A stretch of DNA of 64,000 nucleotides from an uncultured Verrucomicrobiae bacterium (GTDB lineage: Bacteria > Verrucomicrobiota > Verrucomicrobiia > Chthoniobacterales > JAFAMB01): assembly GCA_963837955.1 (NCBI GenBank), contig CAWIPH010000002.1:4672001-4736000 (forward strand). The letters are read 5' to 3'. A program made the position numbers and the translations under genes. Shown piece by piece: positions 61,820-64,000 of the stretch (position 1 is its first letter; every line of letters begins with the position of its first letter). Below the pieces are notes generated by a model that was given only the letters and a program-made list of their open reading frames with translations, was not told the DNA's origin and did not search any database.

Positions 61820-63139
61820 ATGAAAATTGCAATTATCGGTTCCGGTTACGTTGGGTTGGTCACCGGCGCCTGCTTCGCCGAGGTGGGCCACGAAGTGATC
61901 TGCGTAGACAATGATGAGCGAAAAGTTAAGACACTTCGAAGCGGCATAATTCCGATTTACGAACCCGGTCTTGAACAATTGGTTCAGCGCAACGTCTCGG
62001 CACACCGCCTTTACTTTACCGGTAGCATCGAAGAAGGAGTCGATAACTCTGCCGTTATTTTTATCGCCGTTCCGACGCCTCCTCAAGCCGATGGCAGTGT
62101 TGATCTGACCTACATCGAGCGTGTTGCTCGCGAAATAGCATCAGTACTTAAGGAATATCGAGTAATCGTCGATAAGAGTACGGTCCCAGTTAAGACCGGA
62201 GAGAAAGTCGCCGATACGATCCGGAGGTATAGCAGGGTCAACGTCGAGTTCGACGTGGTGAGTAATCCCGAATTTCTTCGGGAAGGCTGCGCCGTCGCCG
62301 ATCTTATGAACCCCGATCGTATTGTCATCGGATCAAACAGCGAGCGCGCGTTGGCCATTATGAAAAGGGTCTACGAGCCTTTTATGGCACCAATTATGGT
62401 TACCGACATCAATAGTGCCGAACTGATTAAGCACGCTGCGAACTCCTTCCTCGCCCTCAAGATTTCGTACGTCAATGCGCTGTCGACCATCTGTGAAGCC
62501 AGTGGAGCAGACATCGAAAAGGTTGCCGACGGGATCGGATCGGATAAACGAATTGGGCGCAGTTTTCTCAATGCCGGGCTTGGTTACGGAGGCTCCTGCT
62601 TTCCGAAAGACATTGCCGCTTTCATTGCCATCAGCGAACAGATCGGGGCACCATTCCACCTCTTGAAAGAGGTTCAGCGGATCAACCAGAATCAGCGGGA
62701 GCGTTTTATCAAGAGGTTGCGCGACACCTTGTGGGTGCTAAAAGAGAAACGAATCGCTGTTTGGGGTCTCACCTTCAAACCCGATACCGACGACGTTCGC
62801 AGCTCGGTCGCCGTCGATATTGTGAACGACCTTATCCGAGAAGGTGCTCAGGTAACTGCATTCGACCCCAAAGGAAACGAAAAGATACACGAGCTGAAGC
62901 TCTGCCCGGGAGTTCATCTTGCCAGTTCGGCGCTGGAGGCCGTCCAAGATGCGGAAACCTTGATCCTAGCGACGGAGTGGCCCGAGTTCGCCGACGCCGA
63001 CCTGGCCGAAGTACATCGTCGCATGCACACCCCGATCGTGTTCGATGGCAGGAATCTCTTCGACCCCACGACGATGAGAGATCTGGGTTTTCAATATTAC
63101 GGGGTCGGCCGTCCGGGGCCTCAAGCCGGCACGACTTAA
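61820..63139 (+). CDS. ugd: UDP-glucose 6-dehydrogenase
   Basis: IGSGYVG, KSTVP, SNPEFLREG, GYGGSCFPKD, FKPDTDDVR, FDGRN. Confidence 0.95.
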   Translation: MKIAIIGSGYVGLVTGACFAEVGHEVICVDNDERKVKTLRSGIIPIYEPGLEQLVQRNVSAHRLYFTGSIEEGVDNSAVIFIAVPTPPQADGSVDLTYIERVAREIASVLKEYRVIVDKSTVPVKTGEKVADTIRRYSRVNVEFDVVSNPEFLREGCAVADLMNPDRIVIGSNSERALAIMKRVYEPFMAPIMVTDINSAELIKHAANSFLALKISYVNALSTICEASGADIEKVADGIGSDKRIGRSFLNAGLGYGGSCFPKDIAAFIAISEQIGAPFHLLKEVQRINQNQRERFIKRLRDTLWVLKEKRIAVWGLTFKPDTDDVRSSVAVDIVNDLIREGAQVTAFDPKGNEKIHELKLCPGVHLASSALEAVQDAETLILATEWPEFADADLAEVHRRMHTPIVFDGRNLFDPTTMRDLGFQYYGVGRPGPQAGTT

Positions 63140-63350
63140 GTCGCTCTGGCGCCCAGCCCGGTATATCCTCTTAAGCAGAGCGAGACGGCAGACCGCTTCC
63201 TCTGCGCGATACGCTCTCTCCCTTTTGCCGATCTGCCATTCTCCGGACAAACGGTTCCCAAAATCGGTGGCAGTGGTTAATTTTTATGGGAACTTAACCT
63301 TCGGCGTTGGGCGGACCGCGGACGGGAAAATCATTTTGAGCGTGGTGTAT

Positions 63351-64000
63351 ATGTCGGCCAGTAATCCTCGTATTTGTTGCTTGAAAGCGCTGCAGCGCTG
63401 GGAATCTAGCCGAGAGTTTGCCGACGGCGTCCTTCACCGAACTCTGGAGCAATCTGACCTACCGCTGAGCAATCGGGCTTTTGTCACCGAGACATTTTAC
63501 GGGGTAATCCGAAATCGTACGCTCCTAGACTTTGTCATCCGCAGATTTAGGGCAAACAAATTGGACGCCGCAACTCGCCAGGTTCTGCGGCTCGGTCTGT
63601 ATCAACTGTACAAAATGCGGATCCCGGCCCACGCCGCAGTCTATGAGACCGTGAATATTGCTGGGCCGGCCCGAACCCTGGTGAACGCCATTCTTCGAAA
63701 ATCGATCGCCGAAAAAGAGGCTGTCTTGGAAGAACTCGAGAACGCGCCGGCACATGTCCGTTATTCCCATCCGGAATTTCTTTACCTCAAGTGGGAAGGG
63801 GAAAGGGGTGAGTCCGAAGCTACTCAGCTTTGCGCCTGGAACAATCAACCGGCTAAGATTTATGTCCGAGCAAACGAGCTAAGAGTGACCCCGGGTGAGC
63901 TGTTGCACAGTTTTCCGGCGGCGAAGCCTTTGCCTGATCGAGAGAATTGTCTCGAGGTTGAGCACCTCCCTTCCGAGTGGATCGCCGCCGGCGTGGTTTA
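63351..64000 (+). CDS. rsmB: RsmB/Sun 16S rRNA m5C methyltransferase, N-terminal part; runs off the window (absent from ORF track)
   Basis: MSASNPRICCLKAL...RAFVTETFYGVIRNRTLLD...LRLGLYQL...HAAVYETV...VNAILR...YSHPEFL...VRAN: NusB-like domain and linker; catalytic domain outside window. Confidence 0.85.
   Translation, partial: MSASNPRICCLKALQRWESSREFADGVLHRTLEQSDLPLSNRAFVTETFYGVIRNRTLLDFVIRRFRANKLDAATRQVLRLGLYQLYKMRIPAHAAVYETVNIAGPARTLVNAILRKSIAEKEAVLEELENAPAHVRYSHPEFLYLKWEGERGESEATQLCAWNNQPAKIYVRANELRVTPGELLHSFPAAKPLPDRENCLEVEHLPSEWIAAGVV

Noticed and set aside
63254..63299. Pseudoknot or riboswitch before rsmB (GTTCCCA/TGGGAAC interleaved with GGTTAA/TTAACC)
   Set aside because: The zero-length third loop makes an H-type pseudoknot implausible; stems are short and match no aptamer I know
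1..64000. CRISPR array, IS/transposase, integrase, prophage, rRNA
   Set aside because: No regularly spaced direct repeats, and no recognisable motifs for these elements in any ORF

Overview
A gene-dense, mostly housekeeping bacterial chromosomal segment with about 55 CDS and one tRNA-Leu(GAG). Gene content (cysH-cysD-cysNC, a Topo III-like type IA enzyme after dprA, Pro/Ser/Thr-rich tails, intergenic repeat types) suggests Verrucomicrobia, possibly Spartobacteria/Chthoniobacterales; this is inference, not a database result. I found no CRISPR array, transposase, integrase, prophage or rRNA. Four probable genes are missing from the ORF track: a ClpX-like ATPase without a zinc-binding domain (<1..1193, -), a 59-aa RHH-like protein (2031..2210, -), a 34-aa bS22/AURKAIP1-COX24-like protein (41174..41278) and a truncated rsmB (63351..>64000). 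The best leads: (1) a ~1190-aa TerB-like/degenerate-FHA/ABCG-type fusion with a CxxC motif, divergent from a rhomboid that appears catalytically dead; (2) a minimal cp-ATP-grasp/alpha-E pair with a sigma54-like promoter, divergent from a zincin peptidase; (3) candidate Pho-like and Rrf2-like operators; (4) repeated leaderless-type promoter geometry; (5) nested palindromic repeats. I cannot demonstrate a definitively new system from sequence alone. All product calls come from motif recognition by eye.
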